A stretch of 64,000 nt of DNA from Lama guanicoe (taxonomy: Eukaryota): NCBI GenBank assembly GCA_013239625.1, contig MU054220.1:372001-436000 (forward strand), given 5' to 3'. Made by a program: the position numbers and the translations under genes. Of this stretch, positions 38,233-50,690 are shown piece by piece. The number at the start of each line of letters is the position of its first letter. Within the stretch, counting starts at the first letter, position 1. The notes beneath the pieces were generated by a model. It worked only from the letters and a program-made list of their open reading frames with translations, was not told where the DNA came from and did not search any database.

Positions 38233-38315
38233 ACTAGACTTTGAAATGGGACAGACCTGAGTACAAATCTGTAAACTATCATTTACTTGTTAGATCTGTG
38301 ACCTTGGCCAACTAA
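38233..38315 (+). mobile_element. MIR fragment
   Basis: GACTTTG...GACAGACCTGAGTACAAATC...ACTTGTTAGATCTGTGACCTTGGCCAA. Confidence 0.65.
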
Positions 38316-39201
38316 CTCCCCATCAAGGACTCAACCCTTGGTGCTGGAAGAGAAGATGGTATCGTTCACAGCATCACGTCATGAGATGGAGTCTCCAGGA
38401 TCCATCTTTATCCACTTGAGAGCCTGCTCACCCAGTCTTGCAGATTCCAGCTGCACATCCCAGCCTCCGGTCATGCTTGGAGCTCTCCGCCCAGCAACCT
38501 CAAGGCTTGTTTTTCCTGCCCCTGCTGTGTCATTCCTGGTTAGAGCTGAGCGGAGACTTCTTTGCAATGACCCATGCTGGCCACATCATTCCCAGTCCAG
38601 ACCACGTGCCTGCAACCGCGCCAATGATCTAATTCCCAGACCCCGCATGGCCAAGAAGGGAGTTTAGATAATGAATCCCACAGCACCTCGTTTTCTGTTC
38701 TTCTAAATGGCACACACAGCTGCGAAGGAAACACTGTCTATCGTGATGAAGCCACGCACATCTGACAACGTTCCCTGCTCCACATCCAGGACACAGCACT
38801 TGGTTCGCACCACCCTCGGGCTTCCATTCTCTTCTTCCTCACTGAAAGCCCGCCTGGCCGCGCCCTACCTCACCCCGGTCTGCGTGGACAAAACCCTCCT
38901 TGTAAAGTCAGTGTCCACTGCAGTGAATGGAACTGAGGTCTGGATTTGTAACCCGGCGCACGTTCTTTAGTCTCAGAAGGCTTCCTCTCTAGCCTATCCT
39001 CTCTCCACTACTCAGCTCACCTTTGAGTTTATCACTTACTTCAGACGTTCCCCCCATACCTTCTCTGCTGGCCACGCCCCCGCAGCCGACCAAACTGTCA
39101 TCTCACCATCCACGAAGTCCAGTTCTCATCTCTCAGAGGGCCTCCTTCCTCAGAAATTTTAGCTGCTTACTAATCAAGGGATTTCAGACTAAATATATAT
39201 A

Positions 39202-39400
39202 TATATATATATACATTTTACAATATTTATTATTGAAGTCTAGTTTGTTTACAATGTTGTGTCAATTTCTGGTGTACAGCATGTTTTGGTCACACATATA
39301 CATACATATATTTATTTTCATATTCTTTTTCATTATAGGTTACTACAAGATATTGAATATAGTTCCCTGTGCTATACAAGATATATTTGTTGTTTATCTA
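39202..39400 (-). mobile_element. L1 3' end fragment
   Basis: TTATTGAAGTCTAGTTTGTTTACAATGTTGTGTCAATTTCTGGTG; degenerate TSD AGACT(A/G)AATATAT. Confidence 0.85.
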
Positions 39401-39875
39401 AGACTGAATATATTTTTGAGAAAATATGTTATGAGCCAGACTTGAACATAGTCGACATTGGCAAGTTGTTTTTAAGAAGCCACCATACTTGATAAAATCT
39501 TAAAATAGGCACATGTGTATAATGTGCCCCTCTGAAGAACTAACCAAATACACTGCAAGAGAAAGTTTCGCCTATTACAGGCATATGATGTAAATGAAAA
39601 AATCATCAGTAGTAAACTTATGTTCATTTTATCAAAATTTACTCAGTATATACACTGGGGAAGATACCATGATAGACAGGCAAAGATTCAAGTAAATCTT
39701 AATTATTAATGAATAAATTTAGTATAGGGACATAACAACTATATGATCAGATAGAAAGTGGTAGAAATCTTAGAAGCACACTTAAGATTCTAGTGAGGTT
39801 TAAAATATGAGTTAATTATATTGAAGGAGGTTTCAAAAGAAAAATCATATAGGAGTTAATCTTTGAAAAAGGCTT

Positions 39876-40030
39876 ATTTTTCCTTAAAGTATAGTCGATT
39901 TACAATGTTGAGTCAGTTTCTGACAGCATGTTTCAGTCATACATGCACATACACACATATTCCTTTTCAGATTCTTTTTCATTAGGAGTTACTACTAGAC
40001 ATTGAATATAGTTCCCTGTGCTATACAGAC
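39876..40030 (-). mobile_element. L1 3' end fragment with TSD
   Basis: AAGTATAGTCGATTTACAATGTTG...GTTCCCTGTGCTATACAG; TSD AAAAGGCTT. Confidence 0.85.
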
Positions 40031-40767
40031 AAAAGGCTTTTCAGAATGAGTACAATTTAGACAGCTAAGCTACAATGCATGCGTATTTACATGGAAATAA
40101 AATGAATTAACAAAAAGTCTCAACGAATTGCATTTATTTTCTTTCACAAAATGAGGGTGGTGATATATGTCAATGGCTTATCCAATGTTGAGACTACATG
40201 TGATAATATTTAGGCTGAGGGGAGAAAAAGAGTATGAATATGAAATATGGGATATTATATGAAGAATTAATGTACCCCTGGGATAAATATTAAAAACTCA
40301 AACTTATTTTATTTAACCCATCCCCTACTAATAGGCATTTAGATTGTTTTCAATAATTCGCTACTACAAGCTATGATGCAAAGAACACTTTTGAAAGTAA
40401 TGAACTTTTATAGGTTTAATTCCTAGAAGTAGACTTGCTGGTTAAATGATACATGCATATTTAATGCCAGATTAATTATAGCCCATAATGAACGTTAGCA
40501 AGTTACCTTCCATAAACAACACTAGTTTACACTTCCACCAACACTGAATGAGTGTGATAAAAATTTTGGCTTTAAAATGATAAAGAATTAGACACAAGTG
40601 ATGTAAGAGGGCTTGGTTCTGATGTTCAGCTCTGGCCCTGTTTTGTGGTTGGGGCCTCACTGCCTTTAGAATCAGGGAACATCCATATTAAACTGACTTT
40701 CCCATCAGTTAGAACCAAAGGTCAAGAAACGGTGTAGGAAGGTTGTCAGGCCCAGTTTCATCCTTCC

Positions 40768-41700
40768 TTAAGAAAGCAATTTTCTGCCAATCATTTTCCT
40801 AAAGGCATTTTTTACATCTTTGTTCCTTAGACTGTAAATTAGGGGGTTCAGCATAGGGATGATCAATGTATAAAACACAGAGGTCACTTTGTCAATACTC
40901 AGTGAATGACCAGTACTGGGGCGCAAGTAAATGAAGATCAGGGTACCGTGGTAGATCGTGACCACAGTCAGATGCGAAGCACAGGTGGAGAACCCTTTTT
41001 TCCTTCCCCCGGCAGAACCTGTTTTAAGAATAGCTGCCATGATGCATACATACGAGAGAAGAACTGTTAGAAGGCAGAGAGCTTCCACCAGACTAGCGAA
41101 GAGCACCAGGACAATGTCGTGGACGTAAGTGTCAGTGCAGGCCAGAGAGAAGAGCGGGGAGATGTCACAAAAGAAATGGTTAATTTCCTTGGAGCAGAAA
41201 GACAGATGAAAGGTATTAGTGGTGTGAATAATGGAGCTCACGGTACCCCCCAAAAAAGCCCCAACTGCAAGCCGGCAGCAAACCCTTTTGGACATAACAA
41301 CAGTATAGAGCAGCGGGTTGCATATCGCTATGTACCGGTCATAAGCCATGGCGGCCAAGAGGAAAGATTCCGTGTCAACCAAACAGCAGAAAAAATATAA
41401 CTGTGCCGCACAGCCATTGTAAGAAATTGTCTTCTTGTTGGAAACCAAGTCCACCAGTAACCTGGGGGCAATGACCGAGGAGTAGCATGCATCTATGAAA
41501 GACAATATGCGGAGAAAAAAGTACATAGGGGTGTGCAGGTGGGGACTGGTTGTGATGAGTAGAATCAGCCCCAGGTTCCCCATCAGGGTAGCAGAGTAGA
41601 CGGAAAAAAACACGGCAAAAAGAGCGCTCTGAAGCTCTGGACGGTCACTAAATCCCAGGAGAAGGAACTCCGTCCTCACAGTGCTATTCTCTGGCTCCAT
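40768..41700 (-). CDS. Olfactory receptor (310 aa from MEPENST), probably OR9M-type by position
   Basis: [43 protein letters not shown]. The ATG at 41700 gives the canonical N5 glycosylation site. The ORF-track start at 41832 is not an ATG. Confidence 0.92.
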   Translation of the reverse strand: MEPENSTVRTEFLLLGFSDRPELQSALFAVFFSVYSATLMGNLGLILLITTSPHLHTPMYFFLRILSFIDACYSSVIAPRLLVDLVSNKKTISYNGCAAQLYFFCCLVDTESFLLAAMAYDRYIAICNPLLYTVVMSKRVCCRLAVGAFLGGTVSSIIHTTNTFHLSFCSKEINHFFCDISPLFSLACTDTYVHDIVLVLFASLVEALCLLTVLLSYVCIMAAILKTGSAGGRKKGFSTCASHLTVVTIYHGTLIFIYLRPSTGHSLSIDKVTSVFYTLIIPMLNPLIYSLRNKDVKNAFRKMIGRKLLS

Positions 41701-42269
41701 TCTCTGCAGAGCTCCTGGGCTTCTGAGGTCGCGACAGAGTGATGACGCCAGTATGGACAATAACCTCAACATTAACATGGTTAAGATAATTAGAAGAGTA
41801 ATTCTCAGTCCACTGGGGCATCCTGTTAGCACCTAGGCACATCTAAAGTATAGTGCAATGTGCAGAACCTCAATTTCTTAAAAATAAAATCGATAATTAC
41901 TTACTTCTATTCCTTAAAGGTATTTTCTACATTGACTGATGCACCATCAAACCAGCAGGTGAACTCCAATGCTGGGCTTCACTCTCACTGACTTTGACCC
42001 TCTCCACATTCACCAATGTCAGGTGATGGCGGTTCACCGCATTGGTGTATAGCAAACTCTGAGCAACTAGTCTCTGTTCCCCTTTGTGTTTTTTGTTTTG
42101 TTTTGTTTTGTTTTTTAGTTTACTAATAAAGCATGGCTATTCCAGGTGAAGCCTTGTATGGATAGAGCTACGGATATTCTATATTTCTCACCTTGAGATG
42201 AGGCTTTGCCTCAGAGGATAAAAGGAACTTCTTAGAGTTGCTTGAAAACCACTGATAGAAAGAGGAAAG

Positions 42270-42420
42270 ACTCTGGGTTAGTTCCATAAGGAGCTGCCTC
42301 CCAGCCGTGCCACTCAGTAGTCATGGAAGCTTGGGCCAGCCACGTGGTCACTGAATTCAGTTTCATCATCTATCATATGGGAATGGCTGTGCCTTTCTCA
42401 TCACATTACGTGTCAAATGA
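42270..42420 (+). mobile_element. MIR fragment
   Basis: GACTCTGGGTTAG...CCCAGCCGTGCCACTCAGTAG...CAGTTTCATCATCTATCATATGGGAATGG. Confidence 0.65.
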
Positions 42421-45093
42421 GTGTCTTCCCACAGCTCACTAGCTTCACCATCTTGTTCATTCACTGTTCTAACACTGGCGACACAGTCATTCTGAGTCCA
42501 TCCATTCATTATTTTATCTGGAATCCAAGCTATAGGACACAACTAGAGAAATCCTCCTGCTTGCATACTTATCAAACTCATCCAAACAATACAACAATAG
42601 TACCCAGGCATGTTTCCACGCCCTTTGCAATGAAAAAGAGTAAAAGATGTTTTAAAAGGCTCAGCTGCCTACCTCTCTAAGTTATCTCTGCCTTTCTTTG
42701 TCATTGCTCCAGCCTACAGCCATGTAAGTTGTAGATAGCCTATCGCAACGCAAGAGATAGTCGTCTGCAGACAGGCACATTGCATGCAGCGTAGAGACAA
42801 TTTCCTTCTCCCCTGGTGGAAGAAGCCAGTTTTGTATCTATTTGTAAGTTTATTTGTGAATTTCTGATTTAGACTATTGTGGTTCTATGAATGATCTTTC
42901 GTAATATTTATAACATCCTAATCAATAAAATAAGTAAAATCTTTTACACATGTACACTTTATATGTGTATGAAAGTCATAATTAAGTCATACATGTATGC
43001 ATATATATGTTATGTATACATATATGTCGTTTTTCAAATAATTACACCCAGCTCCAACAGGTTCAGCATTTAAATACATTCGACTGAATATATTTTCATT
43101 TCATCTCATATTCTCCATCTCAGAACATGATCTAACAGCATGACCAAAATTTTAACCCCTTACCCTTTCCTCAATTCTTTCCAGGTTCTTAATACAATTA
43201 GACGTCTTTATTAAATGTTTCATACATTCAGTATTAATAAGCAAAATGCAGCTATATGAGAAGTGTAGGATTAAGGTAAGAACACTTACCAGATCACTAT
43301 CTCTTTCATTTACCTTCTTACAATGCTGTCATCAGCATCCGTTCATTTTCCACTGGAAAAATCAGTTTTGACACTTTAAAAAATTGATTCATTGCAAGAT
43401 GTTTTATAATCCATTTGAGCATGCCTTCTGTGTTTATAGGAGAAACTTGTGCCTCCCTTAGGAAAGCTGTAGTTCCTGAACATAATGCAAGGTGTTTTAT
43501 ATTTTGCTTTGAGGCTTTTGAGATTAGCTTTCTGATCTCACATCGGATCCCAGGAACACATTCTCTGATATCCAAATCCCAGTGGGAAAATTTACGTTAA
43601 GTAATTGCAGTTCTACCTACGTGTTGGTTAAGCACCAAAGGAAATAATTTAATGTGTTTTTCTGCATCTTAAGAATAGCTCAAGGAAAAATATATTGTGG
43701 ATCTCAAAATAGTAGATTATTATATGTAAAACTGGATTGTAATATTTGCTATCTAATTTGATTTATCCTGCTCAAAGCAAATTATCAAACAATTAATAGA
43801 ATGTTCTACGTGATAAGATAGTGGAATAAACTGGAAAGAAGCAAAAATGTATCTGTCTAGGTGTTGAGAATTAGATCTTTAAGTCAACATGTAGGTGGAA
43901 AATCAATTACAAATGAAGTTAATGACTCAAATGTGTGCTACAGGTGCATTATATTCAAATGGAATTTTGGCCATCCATGGCCAGAATCTGAGAGTCTTAA
44001 TTCAATAAGTATGTTTCCTCTATGAATGTGCGCCAGGCAGTGCTCTAGGTGCAAAACAGAGAAAAGGAGGATAAGTTGAACTTGGCATGAAGAATTTTGT
44101 CAAATACAGAATAATGAATGAGAGATGATAGAGGGGGAAAAAAATAAGGAATTGAATGGAGTTTAGAAAGTCCATGGCATGATTAGAGACTTGAAATAGA
44201 TTTAGAGAGAAGATGTTGCCTAATGAAAAAATATGTATATATATGGAAAAAAAAAACATGTATGTCTTGACAAAGAGAGCTCTGGGCAGTTTTGACCTTC
44301 TTTCTGCCCAGAGGATTAACCTTAGCAGAAAGAAATTCTTCCTTTCCAATCATTCCAGCAAAACCCCACTTAAGTCACTAGCTCACTAGTGTCCCACTCA
44401 GAAACTGATCACTGGATCTCTTGGTGACTGGCCGTGAACACTTCCCCGAATGCCATTGGGTACAAACACAGGGACCCACTAACAATAGGGGAGGCTGAGT
44501 CCCCACCAGAAAATCGAGATGCTATTGGTAAGAGAATGAGAAATACATATTAACCCCTATACTTTGCAAGTAAGGGAGTGGCCAGATTATACATGTAAAG
44601 CAAAGCCTCTTAAAGAAATACAAGACACCTTTCTGTGTTTTTTTTTCAGATATGTTTGAGGAGAACTCAGTGTTCTCCTCCATTGTTCTCAGACACCTGG
44701 GGTGTTACCTGTGAGATAACGTGGGAAGGGAAAGAGAACCTGATATTTAAATGTTTTTATTTTTATTTTTGTTTGTTTGTTTTGTGAAGCTGAAGACTAA
44801 GTTGACTTCCTTTTTGCTAAAACAAAGCAATGAGTCTTTCCATACAAAAAGTATGCCTATGTCTAGTAGGACATAGGGGTCAATACTTACGCACGCTGAA
44901 GTAATTCTGTGCCCTTGAAGTCCCAGAGCCCGCGGACTCTAAAGGGACACTGCGGATTCTGGAGAGAGATCAAACTGGTAACTGGATAAACTATGAGCCT
45001 GGGTAGCTGAGAAGTCTCTTAGTTACAGGGAAGCGCGGCACTGAAGGCTTTTCCGAGGAGACAAGAGCTCTGGTATGTTGACGCTCTCTAGTC

Positions 45094-45310
45094 TAGTGGT
45101 TCCCGGCTGCTGTGGCTTTGCCTGCCAGGGCAGATGTGACAATGTCCGGAGACATTTTTGCTTGTCACAGATGTGTTTGGCAATGGTGCTGTCACCTAAT
45201 GGGCAGAGGCCAAGGTTGCTGCTAAACATTCTATAATATGCAGAACGGACTCTCACAGCACAGAATTTTCTAGCCCAAAATGTCACTAGTGCTAAGGTCA
45301 AGAAACCCTG
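45094..45310. mobile_element. MER20 (hAT-Charlie) element
   Basis: GACAATGTCCGGAGACATTTTTGCTTGTCACA...GCCCAAAATGTCACTAGTGCTAAGGTCAAGAAACCCTG. Confidence 0.85.
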
Positions 45311-47120
45311 TTCTTGTTGGAGGACCAAAGGTGAAAGATGCTTCTCTTAACTTCATCTTAAAATATAAAGTTTCCTGGATAATATGGGAAATCTCACTCT
45401 ATTTAAAACATTTGAAACTTATGGATAAACACCTGGCTCCCTAAGGTTGACTTTGATACTTGTGAGATTTGTTTAGCTGATTTGGTCCAGTTCTCTGCGG
45501 GGCCATGGGTGAGGTCAGCTCTTCAGGTTGGTCTAATCCTGCTCATCAGATGAATTTAGACAGGGAGTTTGAGAAAAGGGAGGACCCAGTGCCTTTGACT
45601 TCTGGTTTTATTTATATGGAAAATATTGGACAGTAAAGCCAGGATTGGTGGAGAAGTAATAAAGAGCCTAGCACTGGGCAAGTTACACAATTGATGTGAC
45701 TGATAAATATTTAGCTAGAGGTATAAACTAGTCAGGAGAATGTGAAAGTTTGGAACTCAGAGGATGGATCTCAGGATGTAATAAAAATTTGGGGATCCAC
45801 AACATGTAGATGGTATTTAAGGCATGAGAATAGACGATTTATTTAGGGAGGAAGAATAGAATTGGAATAACTTGGGGCAGATCATGCACTTTGCCAGTAG
45901 CCTCACCTCCACTCGACTGGCTTCACTCCTTCAAATTATCCACTTGGCTCCCAAAGACACTTGAGTTTGTCAGCCTTAATGAAAGAAGATTAAACAAATG
46001 GCAAATATAATTATTGCTTTGATTACTCCGTGGAGTTTGTTATATGATGGTATAAACTTAATTTGCACAGTGTTTATTTGAAAATATGCTCTTAGGATTG
46101 GGACTTCATATTCTGATGTGGAGAGCCCATTAGTAACCTGAGTAAGCAGGCTGCTATAGTTTGTGGTAGCTATTTAATTTTTATCCCTTATGGTCTTTTT
46201 CAAAACAGAAATTTGGGATCTTATTCTACATATAGAAATTTTAAATTATTTTCTCTCCCTTGTCTATGACTTTTTCGTTGTCAAAATTGTAGTTTTATAC
46301 TTTGGGTTTTCCTTTGTTCTCCCATGTTGATTCTGTTTTACCTCTTAATTCTAATATCTTTCCTCAGAATCTCTCACAAAGCTGTCTTCTAGTTAATTAG
46401 CCAATAATGGAAAGTGGCAAGAAATGATATAAAGAATCTGGGGAAATTTTATAAATTTGGAGAGGGGCTTAATTGATCACTGTATATTCTAGGTAAGTGG
46501 GATCAACCCTTTCGACCTCTCCTTAAGGAAAAATCAAATGGAAACTGAGGAATTTTATCCTCTGCTCTCCTTCCTGGTCAGCAGGAGGATTACATGTGCC
46601 TTCATATGCAGAGCAATGAGATGGAGTCAGGAGATTCTGTACTGGAAACATTACATGTGTATGTGCTCCATATCTTGAACTAATTTTAAAGAACTGGAAA
46701 CACATCACTCTCCTGAAGTCACATTCTTTCTCGTTGCCTTACCAAAAAATAAAGCAAAACAAAACAAAGACAAAGACAAAGAACAATAAAAACAACAAAA
46801 CTTGAGTTATTCGCCTACCTCAGAGTTAAAACAGAAAAAGCAACTTGGAAAATCCCCTTCCTTAAGTCCTAGACTGATAGTAAGAAACTAGTTTATAGTA
46901 AATCCATAATTTCAACATTTTATGGTTTCTTTATGCTTACTAATCTTTCTTGCTCTAAAGTCTACTTTGTTTTATATTAATATATCCATGCATGTGATAT
47001 TTTGAATCCTTTTATGTTTCTCTCAATATGTCTTTATAATTTAGGAAGATTTCTTTACAAAGCACAGAATATTGTTTTATGTCCAAAGTGATGATCTCCA
47101 TCTTTAAGTTGCTGTGTCTA

Positions 47121-47632
47121 TGTCAGTGAGTCCAGGCTGGTAGTGCTTTCCCTGTGACAGGCTATTAAACCAAGAGATGACTTGCTGGGGCAAGGAATAG
47201 CGACTTTATTTGGAAAGCCAGCAGAACAAGTAGATGGTGACCTAGTCACCAAAGAACCATCTTGTCCTGGTTAGGATGCTAGTTTCTTTCATAGAACAAA
47301 GATGGGGAGATACGGGGGTTAAGTAAAAAAGGCAATAAATTGCTGCAAGTATTTCCTGGTTCTGGCCAGACTCCAGAGGGCTGTGATAACTTCTTCTTTC
47401 CTGCAGCCATTCACAGGTGGACCTGGTCACGATGTTTCCTGTGCGCTAAACAAAGGTATTTTAGCTTAATGCCCACGCATGGGGAACAGGGTTCCCACAG
47501 AAGGACAATTATGTATTCTGTAGGCTACAGGCAACATCCCTTAGTGATTATTGTAGCCAAAGCAGCAGAATACAAAGTTTAAAGTAAAAGAAACGGATCC
47601 AATGTGGAGTCAGATTTGTTCCCCCTAGTACA
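47121..47632 (-). mobile_element. Solo ERV LTR
   Basis: TG...CA ends; minus-strand poly(A) signal (GACTTTATTTGG); near-TSD TCTA/TCTG. Confidence 0.75.
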
Positions 47633-48353
47633 TCTGTACTATTTATAGTCAATGTAATTATTTATACCATTGAATATAATCTACTGTCTTGATATACTAT
47701 CTCTGTTTGTTTCATCTACCCTTTCTTTCTTTCATTTCTTTTTTTTTCTGTCTTATTTTGAAATATGTTTGTGATTCTATTTATTTTGCCTCATCTATTG
47801 ATGTATCATTTTTACTACTTTGAAAAATTGTAATGGCTTTCCAGGAGTTTACAATAAACTTTTGTCATAAATTAAAGGTCTTCGGTGGGCCATAAATTGT
47901 CAGCTTCTAAGTCCTCTCTTATTCATCTTGCTTTTATTATCTGTTCTACTTTTACAGACTCTATAAAAGCTATTTCATTGCTAATGTTATTCTTTTTTTT
48001 TGGCCTTCAGTCTGCTGTGTTTTAGGAAAATTAAAAATTTTAAAAATGAACAGATGTACTCATTATTCAATTACTCGTTTATCTCTTCGTGAAACCTTCA
48101 GTTTTCTCTTCAGTAGTATTTCCCTTCTCTCTGAGTAATTTATTTTAAAACTTCTGGTCGTGCATGCCTGCAGGTAATAAATTCTCTTGGTTTTTATTTC
48201 AATCTCAAAAAGGTTTTTTAGTCTTTCATTTTGAAAGATATTTTTGTTTGTATACAATTCCGGGGTGACTGGTTTGTTTAAGATTTCAATTTTCTATCCA
48301 TTTTTTCTGACTTGCATGTTTCCTGCTGAGTGGCTACCTTTTTCCCTTGAGAT

Positions 48354-48621
48354 CAGTTGTTCTGAAGTAGAGATGGTTTTGTGCCCGGTTCCACCTCCTT
48401 CAATACACACACACACAAACACACACACCTATACACACACCCAGGACTTTTGGCAATGCGTGAAATATTTTTGATTATCACAACTGCAAGGGAGGGCTGC
48501 TGGCAGCATCCGGTGTGTAGACGCTACGGATGCTGCTCGACAGCCCACAAGTATAGCATCGTGTCCTACAACACATATTACCCAGTGCAAAATGCCAGTA
48601 GTGCTGTGGTTGGAAAGCCCT
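48354..48621. mobile_element. MER20 element
   Basis: CCCAGGACTTTTGGCAATGCGTGAAATATTTTTGATTATCACAACTG...CAAAATGCCAGTAGTGCTGTGGTTGGAAAGCCCT. Confidence 0.75.
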
Positions 48622-50565
48622 ACTCAACATGCAACGGTTTTGCATTCAGTATTTTCTCTTTTACTTTATTTTCTTCTGAGGTGTGTGTATGTTGTGTGTG
48701 TGTGTTTATTTGTGGTGTGTGTGTCTGTGTGTGTGTGTCCATTCTACTTGGTGTCCTCTGAGCTTCTTGGATCTGGGTTTGCTGGCTTTTAGTTTCAGAA
48801 TAATTCTCAGCCATTATCTTAGCACATTTTTCCTCTGCCCTGATCTCCTTTCTCTTTTACTTCTAGGTCTGAAATTATAGCTGTCTTTACTATAATATTG
48901 TTACCCAGGTTTTAAGTGTTTTCATTTTTCCCTCCACGCTTAACACTTAAGAATTGATATTATTTGCAAGACAACAAAGACTGCAATAAATGTAATTTCA
49001 CTTGGAAATTAACCCAATCTGCTTGACATCAAGTATGGAAGCTGAGCCGGGCTTCAGTTTGCTGATGCAGTGGCTTTCTCCGTGAACCACAAGCTACCAA
49101 TTCTTCTAGTGCTACCTTATTTTTAGAACAGGAGGTTGGTATACCAGATATTCTCAATGTCTCATCCACCGTGAGTTTCAGTCTTCCCTTCACATGTGTG
49201 CCCCAGAGAGAGCCTGTCTCTTGCCTCTCCCCCGTCTTCTAGTGATGAGATGCAATGCCATTACTGGTCAGTAGGCTTGTGTTAATTGGTTTCCCAGTGA
49301 CCTCAGCTACAGTGGGTTCTAGAAAAGTTTCAAGTTGGCAGAATATCTAGCTTTTTTGTGCTGTAATATTGGGAGCAAATATTTTTCTAGTCTGTTACTT
49401 CCTACATGTAGCCAGAAGAATGATGGTATTGGTTTAAAGAGATTTGCCTGAGTGATATCACAATACATTTTTAACCTTGCCAATTAAAGCTTTTTTAATA
49501 AGCTTCTCAGAAACTAAGAAAGTGAATTCTTCCAAAGACTGCATAATAATTTCACTTGAGAATAAGATTACCAGATGTAATTTAAACAACAAACAGAATG
49601 AATGTAATTATATTTTTTAAATTATTAGAATAATTATTGATGATAAAGGCTGATGAGATTTTTGACTTAATGTGTGTGATGTTAAAAAATATTGAGTGAC
49701 AATTTTTTTTTTACAAAAAGTCACAATTGTTTTCCCATGCTTTTCTAAAAATAATGTGATCAATTTGAACTATTGCTATAATCATAGCAATAAAAATATT
49801 AATCCATGGATAATTTTACTAATTGAAATGAAGAAAAAATAAAATTTAACCCAACCAATTTCATTAAGAGATGAATTTTCAATGGCATTTTATAGTTTAC
49901 CTTTAAAAATTTTACAAAAATGTGTAATATATTAAATTATTGAACAGCAGTAGAGCAATAATTGTTATGATGCTATTTCAGTCTAGACAAAAATTACATG
50001 GAGCTCTATTAAAATAGAAAAGAAAAGGCCAATTTACATATATTTTTGTTCCAAAGTGATACACTATTATGATTAGTAAAGAATACAATTCTGGAGAGTA
50101 AGTAAACTTAAATATGAGTTCAGGAGTAAAAGAAATGATATGAAATCTGTTAACTTATATATTTCAAATTAATCATTATGGACATAAGATATCCATGGTA
50201 TGCACTAGATATTAGATATTTCCATTTCAATTAAATTTATGGTAAGTTATTTTAGAAGTCAATTGAAAATTTTAACAGATATATAGATTTTTAAAATTCA
50301 TTCATTTTAGAGGCACATGAGTAAAAAAAAATGAATATCATGCTTTATAGCAAATATAGAAGTTACCAAAGATACTCTGAAATCTAAAGGTAAATAGTGG
50401 ACGCATATAAATTTTTACACCAGTATTTATTGATGAGTGTTAGTGCTTGCTAACATTGAAGTATCAGATTATTCTCTTGATTATAGAATCCATTAATCTT
50501 TAAACAGTGGTCAGAGGGCTTAAGCAATATGTATTTCCGTTTCGTCAGAATAAAAAATAAACAGA

Positions 50566-50690
50566 GGGGAAGGCATAGCTCAAATGGTAGACTGCACGCT
50601 TAGCATGCATGAGGTCTTGGGTTCAATCCCCAGTACCTCCTCTAAAAATGAATAAGTAAACTTAATTACCTACCCCGCTACACACACACA
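50566..50690 (+). mobile_element. tRNA-Ala-derived SINE (camelid vic-1-like)
   Basis: GGGGAAGGCATAGCTCAAATGGTAGACTGCACGCTTAGCATGCATGAGGTCTTGGGTTCAATCCCCAGTACCTCC; Pol III A and B boxes and an AT-rich tail. Confidence 0.88.

Larger units (their letters stand above)
46900..48900 (-). mobile_element. Ancient degraded L1 fragment hosting a nested LTR and MER20
   Basis: TGCTCTAAAGTCTACTTTGTTTTATATTAATATA; TTCATTTTGAAAGATATTTT; CTGAGCTTCTTGGATCTGGGTTT...TCAGCCATTAT. Confidence 0.6.

Noticed and set aside
41779..41832. 354-aa version of the OR
   Set aside because: It begins at a non-ATG codon; the canonical start is at 41700.
48404..48737. Complementary CA-rich and TG-rich tracts that could pair
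   Set aside because: Independent simple repeats; complementarity is trivial.
50566..50640. tRNA-Ala-like sequence
   Set aside because: Degenerate stems and a SINE tail; it is a SINE, not a tRNA gene.
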